31,607 nt of DNA from Candidatus Krumholzibacteriia bacterium. GTDB lineage: Bacteria > Krumholzibacteriota > Krumholzibacteriia > WVZY01. Of this stretch, positions 17,345 through 26,000 are shown in pieces (the stretch's first letter is position 1; every line of letters begins with the position of its first letter). The notes under the pieces were generated by a model. The model saw only the letters and a list, made by a program, of their open reading frames with translations, was not told where the DNA came from and ran no database searches. The DNA lies in contig JBHHVD010000032.1 in the NCBI GenBank assembly GCA_046754105.1, forward strand, positions 1 through 31,607, written 5' to 3'. The position numbers and the translations under genes are program-made.

Positions 17345-18281
17345 CGCCCCGATGGAAATTGTACGAGGCGACCTTCCGCGTCAGGAATGGAACCAGAGCC
17401 GCCAGGGCAGCAGCGGTCTCCGCCCGGTTGATCAACGGTATTGCGATGTGAGTTATCGAGTACCGGTTCAGCAGCACTTTGCGCAGCGCCGCTTTGATCC
17501 GACAATTCAAATACAACATCCATCCGTCCGCCGGCTCGAGTCTTCCGGATTTCATGCGGATACGAACATCCGGGACCTCTTCCTCGAGGTGATGCCAGTT
17601 GTACCCGTGCGCATATGATCTCTTCGCGACGGTCGTCAGTGTCTCGGCGTGGTGGTGATGCCCGAGGGCCATTGGGTTGTAGATCAGCTTCATTCCGTTC
17701 TGCTCCAGGCGGTACCCCAACTCCAGATCCTCGTGGGCCGCGGCCGGCCACTCGCGGAACATCCCGTGCCGGATCATGAAGTCCCTCTTGAACGACAGAT
17801 TACTGACCCAAAAATCCCGATAATCGGGCTCTCCGTCCTTTTCGACGAACATCTCCTCCACGATCGCGTTCCACCCTCTTTGGAACGCCGTCTGCGGAAG
17901 CTCATCGGACTGTTTCATCTTACCCGCCACGACGACCGTCGGGTCGGGTTCGGCGGTATGTGACCTGACGTGTTCCTCTAGCAAGCGAGGTTCGGGTATC
18001 AGATCCGCCGCCAGCATGACGACCAGGTCCCCCTTCGCCTGTCGAATCCCGCGGTTATGGGCGTAACCGCAGCCTCGGTGTTCGTTGGCCAGAAAACGGA
18101 TCGAATATGGAAGTGAGCCCTCGAGCGATTCGACAAGACCGGCGATGTCTTCTGCCGAACCGTCATCGGACAGCACCACCTCGAACTCGTCGCGCGAATA
18201 CGTCTGGTTTGCCAACGCCTCCAGCACCCGCGCGAGCACGTCACGCCGATTGAAGGTCGATATCTCCACGCTCACTTTCAC
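17310..18281 (-). CDS. Glycosyltransferase family 2
   Basis: GTG at 18281 overlaps the upstream TAG. VSVEISTFNR, SDDGS, NLSFKR and HEDLELGYRL motifs. Confidence 0.87.
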   Translation of the reverse strand: MKVSVEISTFNRRDVLARVLEALANQTYSRDEFEVVLSDDGSAEDIAGLVESLEGSLPYSIRFLANEHRGCGYAHNRGIRQAKGDLVVMLAADLIPEPRLLEEHVRSHTAEPDPTVVVAGKMKQSDELPQTAFQRGWNAIVEEMFVEKDGEPDYRDFWVSNLSFKRDFMIRHGMFREWPAAAHEDLELGYRLEQNGMKLIYNPMALGHHHHAETLTTVAKRSYAHGYNWHHLEEEVPDVRIRMKSGRLEPADGWMLYLNCRIKAALRKVLLNRYSITHIAIPLINRAETAAALAALVPFLTRKVASYNFHRGVVDYKKQQSQR

Positions 18282-19360
18282 TATGCAAGAGCTCCATCGG
18301 TATCGTGGTTGGCGTCCTCCCGCCGGTAACGCTTGTGGCCGTCTGCCGCCCCCTTGAAGAAATGGTAGGCTATGACTCCCCGGTACAAGTCCCGGTGCAT
18401 CAGCCGCGCCACGAAGGAGTTCTTCTCCGCACGGGCCATCAACGGCAGCCACACACGTGGAACCGTGACAGGGTTAAAAAGAACCGTGCGTATCAACTGG
18501 CGCACGGCGAGCAGAAACAAGTTCCGGTCCGCACCTATCAGGCTGTTTGGCCGGCGAAAGGCATCGATATGATCCCGGATTGTGTGGATATTGAGAATAT
18601 GATAACGAACCGTGATATCGGGTCGATCCACCAGGCTTCGGAATTCCCCCCAGTTCAACCCCCGTACATAGGCCCGGCGAGTGGCCCCGTCTAGCGATTC
18701 GACGTGATAATGTTGCCCCGACGCGTCCTTGTTATAAAGGATTCGCAGTCCCCGTGCGGATAGCCGACAACCTAGCTCGACGTCCTCGTGCGCCGCGGCC
18801 CCGGCCCTGCCGCGCGTCTCCCTGAACAGGCCGTTCTCCAGCATGAAATCCTTCTTCAAAGAAATGTTACACGCCCAGAACAGGTAATACGGTAGCTCCC
18901 TCATATTCTCCAGATGTCTGAACTTGAAGGGGTCCCAATGCCACAGGAAAACCGATTTCTTCCGCAACTCGGGTGATTGAATGACCTTTCCCAGAATGGC
19001 AACGTTGGCGCCCGGGTTTTTCTCATGATCCGCCACGTACGCCTGCAGCGCGCCGGGGACGAGGTGAATGTCGTCCGCGATCAAACATATGAGCGGCGCG
19101 CGCGCTGCCCGGATACCCCGATTCTGCGTGGCGCCGGGCCCGCGATTCGGATGTTTCATGTACGTCAACTCGTAAGGGAGAGAATCCTCGAGCGAGCGGA
19201 CCGCGGCTTCGGTGTCATCCGGAGACCCGTCGTCGACCACGATCACCTCGAAGCTCCGCGGGTCCAGCGTTTGCGCCGCCAGATGCTTCAACGTTACGAC
19301 GATGGTGTCGCTTCGGTTGTACGTCGCGACGACGACGGTGATTTTCAATCGATTATCCAT
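18281..19360 (-). CDS. Glycosyltransferase family 2
   Basis: VVVATYNR, VVDDGSPDDT, IADD, NISLKK and HEDVELGCRL motifs. Confidence 0.88.
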   Translation of the reverse strand: MDNRLKITVVVATYNRSDTIVVTLKHLAAQTLDPRSFEVIVVDDGSPDDTEAAVRSLEDSLPYELTYMKHPNRGPGATQNRGIRAARAPLICLIADDIHLVPGALQAYVADHEKNPGANVAILGKVIQSPELRKKSVFLWHWDPFKFRHLENMRELPYYLFWACNISLKKDFMLENGLFRETRGRAGAAAHEDVELGCRLSARGLRILYNKDASGQHYHVESLDGATRRAYVRGLNWGEFRSLVDRPDITVRYHILNIHTIRDHIDAFRRPNSLIGADRNLFLLAVRQLIRTVLFNPVTVPRVWLPLMARAEKNSFVARLMHRDLYRGVIAYHFFKGAADGHKRYRREDANHDTDGALA

Positions 19361-20840
19361 GGATCGGGCTCACTCCGGTTAGCTTGACTCCCTCACTCGC
19401 CAGCCGCTTGAACGCGACACCGAGTGCGAGGTAGACCCAAAGCAGCGCATAGGGGACGGGATCTCGAAACGTCGGATTGGTGAGACCATCCAGAAGATAC
19501 GCGATGAGCGCCGCAAGCACAGCGAGCGACATCGCCCGCACCCATTTCTCATCGCACCTCAGGCACTCGAAGCAGCGATACATCGCAAGAAAGATAATTC
19601 CAAAAAAGGCGACGACCCCGACAAGACCGGATTCAGAAGCAATAAACAGAAAGGCGTTGTGTACGGGGAGCCAATCCGGGCCGTAGATCGTAACGGACGG
19701 ATCCGAAAGTGCATCCATGTAATTGGCGGGTCCGTAGCCGAAGAGAAAGTTCTGCTTCCAGATACCCAACGCAGTCCAGTTCATACTGTACCGGGACTGC
19801 AGGATCTCGGATGGAGCCTCCATGAAACGCACGAAGAAGTACTCGTATACTTTTGGATAAACGGCGCTCACCACGACGACGATTACAAGTGTCGCAAACA
19901 CCGTCCGGAAATTCCGCCACACGAGCGTCATGACCGCCACCGCGTATATCGCCGCGAGGCCAAAACTCACCCACCCCGCCCTCGAGAACGTCACAATGAG
20001 CGCCCCCACCCCCAATACGAGAATGCCCGCCAGCACCAGCCTGGTCCGGGGGCCGATGAACCGCATCATCATGAGAACGAACGGCACCGGCAACAGCATG
20101 GCCAGGTATTCGCCCAGTGCGTGCGAATCGGTCGTCGTCCCCTCCGCTCGCAACTGCTCGACGCCTGGAACGTCGTACTGGCTTCCGAACCGGTCCACGT
20201 CCACGGCCCCCTTTGTGCGTCCGATTCCCACGTTACCGGTGAGTCGCTCATAGAGCGCCAGGGGGCTTTCCACCATGATGCCGAAGAGCAACAACACGAT
20301 GACCCACTTGAGATGGTGGTACCTGATCTTGTGGGAGATAAAATAAAAAATCAAAATGTGCTTGATATTGTAAATGATATCGAGCGATCCGAGCAGCTTG
20401 TTGGGTGCGCCGAGCAGGGACACGGTCTGAGCGAATAGCAACAGCAGGATCAACGAGTCGATCTTGCGGAACTTCGGGATTGGCCTGGTTCGGGCAATGA
20501 ATATCTGGGCGAACCAGACGAGGTAGGCGATAACGACCAGGACTTCGGCCAGCCCGAAGCTGATGCCCTTGGCGACCGCGACAACATGCTGAACCATCAG
20601 CCACTTGCTGAAACCAGCCAGGGGGATCGCAAAAACGAGACTGAGGAGCAGAAACCCCTCGATGCGGTGGATGGCCATCATCGCCAGGGAGAGAACGATG
20701 AGTCCTGCCGTTACTGCCACGCCGAAACGGAAATCGAGCGCCATGATTTTCCAAACGACGAGCGAAAACAACGCACCGGCGAAGGCCACCAGCCAGTACT
20801 TGATTTGGAAAAGGGGCTTTAGGATGTTGGAAAGTGCCAT
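19353..20840 (-). CDS. O-antigen ligase/polymerase family membrane protein (probable Wzy)
   Basis: Many TM helices. RAEGT, TFSRAGW, FGYGP and VHNAFL...ESGLVG motifs. Start MALSNIL at 20840; 20894 is an alternative. Confidence 0.83.
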   Translation of the reverse strand: MALSNILKPLFQIKYWLVAFAGALFSLVVWKIMALDFRFGVAVTAGLIVLSLAMMAIHRIEGFLLLSLVFAIPLAGFSKWLMVQHVVAVAKGISFGLAEVLVVIAYLVWFAQIFIARTRPIPKFRKIDSLILLLLFAQTVSLLGAPNKLLGSLDIIYNIKHILIFYFISHKIRYHHLKWVIVLLLFGIMVESPLALYERLTGNVGIGRTKGAVDVDRFGSQYDVPGVEQLRAEGTTTDSHALGEYLAMLLPVPFVLMMMRFIGPRTRLVLAGILVLGVGALIVTFSRAGWVSFGLAAIYAVAVMTLVWRNFRTVFATLVIVVVVSAVYPKVYEYFFVRFMEAPSEILQSRYSMNWTALGIWKQNFLFGYGPANYMDALSDPSVTIYGPDWLPVHNAFLFIASESGLVGVVAFFGIIFLAMYRCFECLRCDEKWVRAMSLAVLAALIAYLLDGLTNPTFRDPVPYALLWVYLALGVAFKRLASEGVKLTGVSPIHG

Positions 20841-20860
20841 GTCATCGCGACTCCGCCGGG

Positions 20861-21751
20861 TCAAAAAGCGCCATGCCTCGTAACCACTTTCCACAGAGTC
20901 GCAAAGAGGATCTTCACATCCAGAGCGAGCGATTTCCTGGCGACATACTCGACGTCGTACGCGACCGTCTCCTGGAAGGCGAGCCTTCCCCGGCCACTTA
21001 TCTGAGGCAGGCCCGTTATTCCGGGCTTGACCGTGAACTTCGACATCTGCTCGTGGCGGTAATTGGCAATCATCTGGGGCAGTTCCGGTCTCGGGCCCAC
21101 CAGGCTCATATCTCCCCTTATCACGTTCCAGAAGTTCGGCAACTCATCCAGCGTGCTTTCCCGTAGCCAGCGTCCCACTCTAGTGACGCGCGGGTCGTCG
21201 GGCACTTTGAACTGAAACTTCGCGACCTGATCGCTCGTCAGGTTGTAGTCGTACAAATCCGCGAATCGTTCGCGCGCATCCGCGTACATCGACCGGTGCT
21301 TCACGAACCAGAACGCCTGCGGCACCCAGTACATTCTGTCGGGAGAGACCCGGGGACCCACAATCTCGTACTCATCGCTCTCGAGGAGATCCTCGCCGGA
21401 CATCAGTTTGCTCTTCGCCACCCGGCGCTGAAAGAACAGGGGTGGTCCCGGTGAATCCACCCTGACGACGATCGCGACGATGACGATCGCCGGCAGCGAG
21501 ACGGCCAGGGCGAGGGTACTGACGACAATCTCGAACAGCCGCCAACACGCCCTGCCGAACGTTACCCGCCACGGCCTTCTTGCAGCGGATTCGGCGGCGG
21601 CGACGAGGCAAAAAACCTCCCTCTCAGTGAAGACGTCACCCGCCCGCCCTCGCGGCCGGATAACGACGTACTGGTCCTGCTCCGGCTCCGGATTGATCGA
21701 TAATGCGTCCAAATTCTCTCTCTCCTGTCCGCGAGCCGGTTCCAATGTCAA
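20861..21751 (-). CDS. Priming sugar transferase (undecaprenyl-phosphate phosphoglycosyl transferase, Bac_transf)
   Basis: DSPGPPLFFQRRV, KHRSM, DDPRVTRVGRWLR, LDELP, GDMSLVGPRPE and KPGITGL motifs. The TTG at 21751 has an RBS-like AGGCAGG and a TTGA overlap with the upstream small ORF. The ORF track start is 21805. Confidence 0.88.
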   Translation of the reverse strand: MTLEPARGQERENLDALSINPEPEQDQYVVIRPRGRAGDVFTEREVFCLVAAAESAARRPWRVTFGRACWRLFEIVVSTLALAVSLPAIVIVAIVVRVDSPGPPLFFQRRVAKSKLMSGEDLLESDEYEIVGPRVSPDRMYWVPQAFWFVKHRSMYADARERFADLYDYNLTSDQVAKFQFKVPDDPRVTRVGRWLRESTLDELPNFWNVIRGDMSLVGPRPELPQMIANYRHEQMSKFTVKPGITGLPQISGRGRLAFQETVAYDVEYVARKSLALDVKILFATLWKVVTRHGAF

Positions 21752-21903
21752 TAACCTGCCTTTCGTAGCAGATACGACACCAGCACGCCCAACAGTCCTC
21801 CCCACATTGCGATCGCCAGGTAGCGGACCAATGGGTTTAGCGACCGGCGGCGGTTCAACCGCACGGGATCCGGACGCGTGTCATTGACCTTTTCTTCAAG
21901 CAC
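21748..21903 (-). CDS. Small single-pass membrane protein (~51 aa), hypothetical
   Basis: RBS AAGGAG 10 nt before GTG at 21903. Sequence MLEEKVNDTRPDPVRLNRRRSLNPLVRYLAIAMWGGLLGVLVSYLLRKAGY. It overlaps both neighbouring genes in the manner of translational coupling. Confidence 0.6.
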   Translation of the reverse strand: MLEEKVNDTRPDPVRLNRRRSLNPLVRYLAIAMWGGLLGVLVSYLLRKAGY

Positions 21904-23266
21904 TTTCCGCATGCTCCTTATTCTCGCTCCCGCCACCCGGCCGCCGGCCCTTCACGCCGTCCGAACTGAAGAAAGTCCGAATATTGAAGAACGCCAGCAC
22001 GTATATGAGGCCGGTGGACAAGAACAAAGACAAGAGGGCCGACAGGGCCACGTGATACACCTTGATCGGTTGCACCGGGCGGGCCGACACATGTGCCGCG
22101 TGCAGCACCTTGATCTCACTCTCCCCCGAGTTCGCCTGGGACAACGCCTCCACGTACAAATCTTTGAGGTGCAGGTGGTCTCGGGTCGTCGCCTCGATCT
22201 GCATGTCCAGATTGTCGACCTGTTTTTGCAGCGCGAGCAGGTTCTGCAGCCGGATCCGGAGCCGGGTCAGCGACGCGCGTTGAACACCCCTCTTCGCCAT
22301 CAGACCCTCGAGTTCGATTTCCAGAAACAACCTTTCGGATTCCAACCTCTTGACGTCTTTCGGGTCTATCTGAGCCTCCGCGCTCTTCTGCGCTCGAATC
22401 CGCTCGTCGAGTTCTTCGAGTTTCTTGTGCTTTTCCTCGATTTCGGCGTCGAGTTCTACGACGTCCTGCTCCATTGCGTAGAGGCTCTTGACGCCGTCGG
22501 CCATTTCCTCGTCCACCGCGACATAATCGTTGTCTTCGAGCAGCGCCTGGCGCTCGTCCCGGAACTTCTTGATCTCGACTTCCTTCTCGTCTAGTTGCGC
22601 CTGTAGTTGGACGTACCTCATCTCGGCCGGGTTCTGGTCCTGCTCCCTCAGCCACTCGACGAGATATCGCCCTGCGGTATCGACGATCATCGCCGCGCGC
22701 TGGGGATACTTGTCCTTCACACTGAGTACATAAATATACGAATCCTTGGTCGTGCTCAGCGAGATGTTGTTTCCCAGGCCCTTGATCGCCAGCACCGTGG
22801 GGTCCTCCTCGATGATCCGGCCGTACTTCGCCAGGTTCCGGATATCCGACATCAGTCCCTTGGCAAAGTCCTTGGCCCTGGGATACAATCCGCGAAGTCC
22901 CGGTGGGTGTTCAACTACTATCGGCACGTCCAGCCCCAGTTCCTCGACCACCGGCCGCAGGATCACCTCGCTTCGCGTGATGTCTTGCAGGCTCTGGATG
23001 ATCACCTTGAACGGCGCCGCGGGCGCCGGCGCGCCAAAAGCCTCCGTGTCCTTCTGTCGCAGAAGGCTCCTTTCCAGCGGCCTATAATAGATGTTCGTCG
23101 CGGCCACGTACCGTTCCGAGAAAACATACGTCAGCGCGAGCGAGGACAACACGGCCGACAGGCAGAACACGATGATAAACCCCTTCTGTTTGACCAGGAT
23201 TTCGTGATACCTGCTGAACTCCAGTTCAAATCGGAAGTCGTTTGGATTTCTTCCTTTTGCCGTCAT
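21896..23266 (-). CDS. Polysaccharide co-polymerase / chain-length determinant (Wzz/GumC-like, no kinase domain)
   Basis: N-terminal TM, long periplasmic coiled coil, and P..P.QP motif before the C-terminal TM. No Walker A motif or Tyr cluster. Confidence 0.82.
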   Translation of the reverse strand: MTAKGRNPNDFRFELEFSRYHEILVKQKGFIIVFCLSAVLSSLALTYVFSERYVAATNIYYRPLERSLLRQKDTEAFGAPAPAAPFKVIIQSLQDITRSEVILRPVVEELGLDVPIVVEHPPGLRGLYPRAKDFAKGLMSDIRNLAKYGRIIEEDPTVLAIKGLGNNISLSTTKDSYIYVLSVKDKYPQRAAMIVDTAGRYLVEWLREQDQNPAEMRYVQLQAQLDEKEVEIKKFRDERQALLEDNDYVAVDEEMADGVKSLYAMEQDVVELDAEIEEKHKKLEELDERIRAQKSAEAQIDPKDVKRLESERLFLEIELEGLMAKRGVQRASLTRLRIRLQNLLALQKQVDNLDMQIEATTRDHLHLKDLYVEALSQANSGESEIKVLHAAHVSARPVQPIKVYHVALSALLSLFLSTGLIYVLAFFNIRTFFSSDGVKGRRPGGGSENKEHAESA

Positions 23267-23309
23267 CCCACACCTCGCGGGCGGTCGAGTGCCGCCACTT
23301 TTTCCTTCG

Positions 23310-24068
23310 TCATTTCACTTCGACCGTCGGGTTCAGGTTGTACGTCAGGCCGAAAACAGCCGAGATAGGTATAAGGTTATCGATGTACTGGGATACAAAA
23401 TCGTTCAGTTTCGCGATCGTCGTTTTCGGCACGAAGACGATATCGTGTGGCTTCAAAACGATATCGCTGTAACCGCCGGTCTTTCTAAGAACCTCGTGGA
23501 GGTTGACCGTTACGAAAAGCGGTTCCGTTTTGCCCTGGTCGCGAAGAATCACGATGTTCTTCAGCTTGGCCGATCGCCTGAAGCCACCGGCCTCAAAAAT
23601 GGCCTGGAGAGTCGTCATTCTTCCGGACAACTGAATGATCCCTGGCGATTGTACTTCCCCGCCCACGTAGATCTTCTGGTTGGGGAATTGTTTGACGATC
23701 ACCGATATCTCCGGATACGGTATTTTTGTCGTGTATCGCTCGGTCAACACGCTGTCGAGTTCCGCCGGCGTCAAGCCCTCAACGGTCACCTCATCCACCA
23801 GCTGCAACGATATCCTCCCGTCCGGCCTTACTACGAGTTGCTCGTTCAGCTCGGGGCTGTAGTAGAACTTAACGTCGATGACGTCCCCGGGTTTCAGCAG
23901 GTACCGGCGGTCCTCTCGTGCTACTGCCAGCCGGTTCGCCTCCCCCGTCGCAAGCGTATCGACGGCAACGCCTGGCTGCGTCACCACCTTCTTCGCGCAG
24001 CCGCCCGCTGTCCAGGCCAGAATCGCACAGCAGAAGCAGGCTATGTAGCTCAGGCGCTTCATCATCAT
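23310..24068 (-). CDS. wza: Polysaccharide export lipoprotein (Wza/GfcE, Poly_export plus SLBB)
   Basis: Lipobox AGGC. YLLKPGDVIDV, VRPDGRISL, YVGGEVQSPG and DIVFVP motifs. RBS GAGGAG. Confidence 0.9.
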   Translation of the reverse strand: MMMKRLSYIACFCCAILAWTAGGCAKKVVTQPGVAVDTLATGEANRLAVAREDRRYLLKPGDVIDVKFYYSPELNEQLVVRPDGRISLQLVDEVTVEGLTPAELDSVLTERYTTKIPYPEISVIVKQFPNQKIYVGGEVQSPGIIQLSGRMTTLQAIFEAGGFRRSAKLKNIVILRDQGKTEPLFVTVNLHEVLRKTGGYSDIVLKPHDIVFVPKTTIAKLNDFVSQYIDNLIPISAVFGLTYNLNPTVEVK

Positions 24069-24216
24069 GACTCCTCGTGTTGGCGCTTGGAATTATGGAT
24101 CTGGCACGAATTGTGTTCGGCAAACGGGCGCGCCGCGTACACAAGAAGGTATATTAACAGAAGGTGGTATGTCACCGTGCAGCCACCGCTCGCCGGATCG
24201 CGGGCGGCCTATATCA

Positions 24217-25242
24217 TCACGAAGGTCCCTGCTCTGACAGGGGAATATCCATTATGCGCCGGCCGCGGCTATCGCCACTTCTCGCGCCTTCGCGACGCTC
24301 CACACCATCCTCGGCGAGTGTAGCCGACGCTTTTCGGGCGATTGCGTGGGGGAATTCCTGTTGAATATAATCGCGCAGGGCGTCTTGCCATGGGCGCATG
24401 AAGTTCAGACCCAACTTGCGGAGATTGCCATTCCACATCATTTCGGAGTGGGGGCGGGGCGCGAAGTACTGATCCTTGAAGAAATCCGAGTTTACTGCCT
24501 TCAACTCGATATCATCTCTGCCACAAATCTTGAGGATCTCCTTGGCCACGTGATACCTGGCGCCGGACCCCTCGCAGACCATGTGATAGACTCCGTACCG
24601 CTCCGTTTCCAGCAACCTGAACAGATTCGTCGCAAAGTCTCTGGTATAGGTTGGCGTTCCCCACTTATCGACTACAGCGTGTATGACCTTCCGGTTCTCC
24701 ACAATCTGCTCGAGGATCTTGGAAACGAACTTGTGGTCCTTGCCAGTCCCGCCTCCGACCATCCAGCCCGCGCGGATAACGTAGTGCTTTCTACAGCAGT
24801 TGCGCACATGGACTTCCCCGTCATACTTGGTCTGGCCGTACACCATAATCGGCCTTGGGGAATCGTTTTCTGTGTAGAGGCCGTTTTTTTCACCGTCGAA
24901 AACGCCGGCCGTGCTGATATATACCAGAGTTGAATCATATCGTTCGGACAACTCAGCGATGTGCTTCGTCGCCAGCGAATTGGTTGCCTCCGCAACATCG
25001 GGGTGCGTCTCACAAAATTCCAGATCGGTTTCGGCGGCCAGGTGCAACACCAGTTCCGGCCGGTGCTTCTCGAAGTAACACTCCAGGTTGTCTCGATCGC
25101 AAACATCTAGGAATTCCAGCCAGGCTTCGTTGACATCCTTGTCGGTCGCCACGACCTGAGGGTAACGTTCCGCGAAACACGAATACACTGCCTTACCCAG
25201 CATACCGCCACAACCGGTTATCAAAACTCTACTGGCCCTCAT
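24217..25242 (-). CDS. rmlD: dTDP-4-dehydrorhamnose reductase-like SDR (RmlD family)
   Basis: LITGCGGMLG, HLAAETD, YISTAGVFDG, YGQTK (YxxxK), GTPTY and APRP motifs. RBS GGAGGAGG. Confidence 0.8.
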   Translation of the reverse strand: MRASRVLITGCGGMLGKAVYSCFAERYPQVVATDKDVNEAWLEFLDVCDRDNLECYFEKHRPELVLHLAAETDLEFCETHPDVAEATNSLATKHIAELSERYDSTLVYISTAGVFDGEKNGLYTENDSPRPIMVYGQTKYDGEVHVRNCCRKHYVIRAGWMVGGGTGKDHKFVSKILEQIVENRKVIHAVVDKWGTPTYTRDFATNLFRLLETERYGVYHMVCEGSGARYHVAKEILKICGRDDIELKAVNSDFFKDQYFAPRPHSEMMWNGNLRKLGLNFMRPWQDALRDYIQQEFPHAIARKASATLAEDGVERREGARSGDSRGRRIMDIPLSEQGPS

Positions 25243-25533
25243 GCCTCCTCCCTCCTCCGGCGCGATAACACACCGGACGATGCGGCGGCAACGAGACCTC
25301 TCCGCCGATTGGAGGTCCTGTCATTGCCGTGGACAATAGCGACGATAACTAATCCGCCGATGCTGCGGGAATAGACGCGGTGGTTCCAGATTTCCTGTGA
25401 TTCTGAGAGCCGAACAGGGTACTACGAAGACGCGCAAGAGCCCTGGTCTCCCCATCCAAGCTCGATAGAGCGCCAGAGAACCCGAACCGACACGCAGGGT
25501 TCCGCTCGCCAGTTTGCCCCAAGTACAACCGCC

Positions 25534-25562
25534 AGTATACCGCACCCCACCCATGCCGTCAA
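25534..25562 (-). promoter_or_regulatory. sigma70 promoter driving the polysaccharide operon
   Basis: Minus strand reads TTGACG-17 bp-TATACT, about 290 nt upstream of the rmlD-like ATG. Confidence 0.72.
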
Positions 25563-25776
25563 CTTGATTCACGAAAAATAGTTAGAGGCCCACCGAGTGA
25601 TGGCACCAAGGGGCACCTGATTGACGCCCCGGGCCCTCGCCAGAGGGTTCGATTCCGTTCTCCGGCAGGACGAAATCGGGGAGTTCCAGCGCGACCCGGC
25701 TTCGCACCGTTGGCCCGGTTGGACGGCGGTGACCCCCGGATTGTGAAAGTACCCCCCCGACAGATTGCGGCAGAGC

Positions 25777-25806
25777 TTGACGTTACACCAGCTTTCCTGC
25801 TATGAT
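25777..25806 (+). promoter_or_regulatory. sigma70 promoter driving the radical SAM cassette
   Basis: TTGACG-18 bp-TATGAT with an extended -10 (TGc), about 195 nt upstream of ATG 26001. Confidence 0.68.
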
Positions 25807-26000
25807 TGAGTCCTTCAGTTAGCCCGCGACGTGACGCCTGCTATTCGTCGCCAGCTATCAGCAGCACACGGTACACCGCGTATCCGCTACCGTCGGCAGG
25901 TCGTGGGTCATTGACTCGTGGGACGGCAATAACCGGTCGGCAGCAGTCAACGAGTTCAGCGTAGTTCGGCGAGCCACCCTGGCCATGGGAGGGTACAGCG

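Noticed and set aside
24102..24116. sigma54-like TGGCACG
   Set aside because: The -12 GC is missing and it points against the surrounding genes.
25321..25572. 83-aa minus-strand ORF in the divergent region
   Set aside because: It starts upstream of the predicted promoter and spans it, and has no RBS or recognisable features.
25884..25895. ops-like GACGGTAGCGG on the minus strand
   Set aside because: It mismatches GGCGGTAG and lies upstream of the polysaccharide-operon promoter, so it would not be transcribed with the operon.
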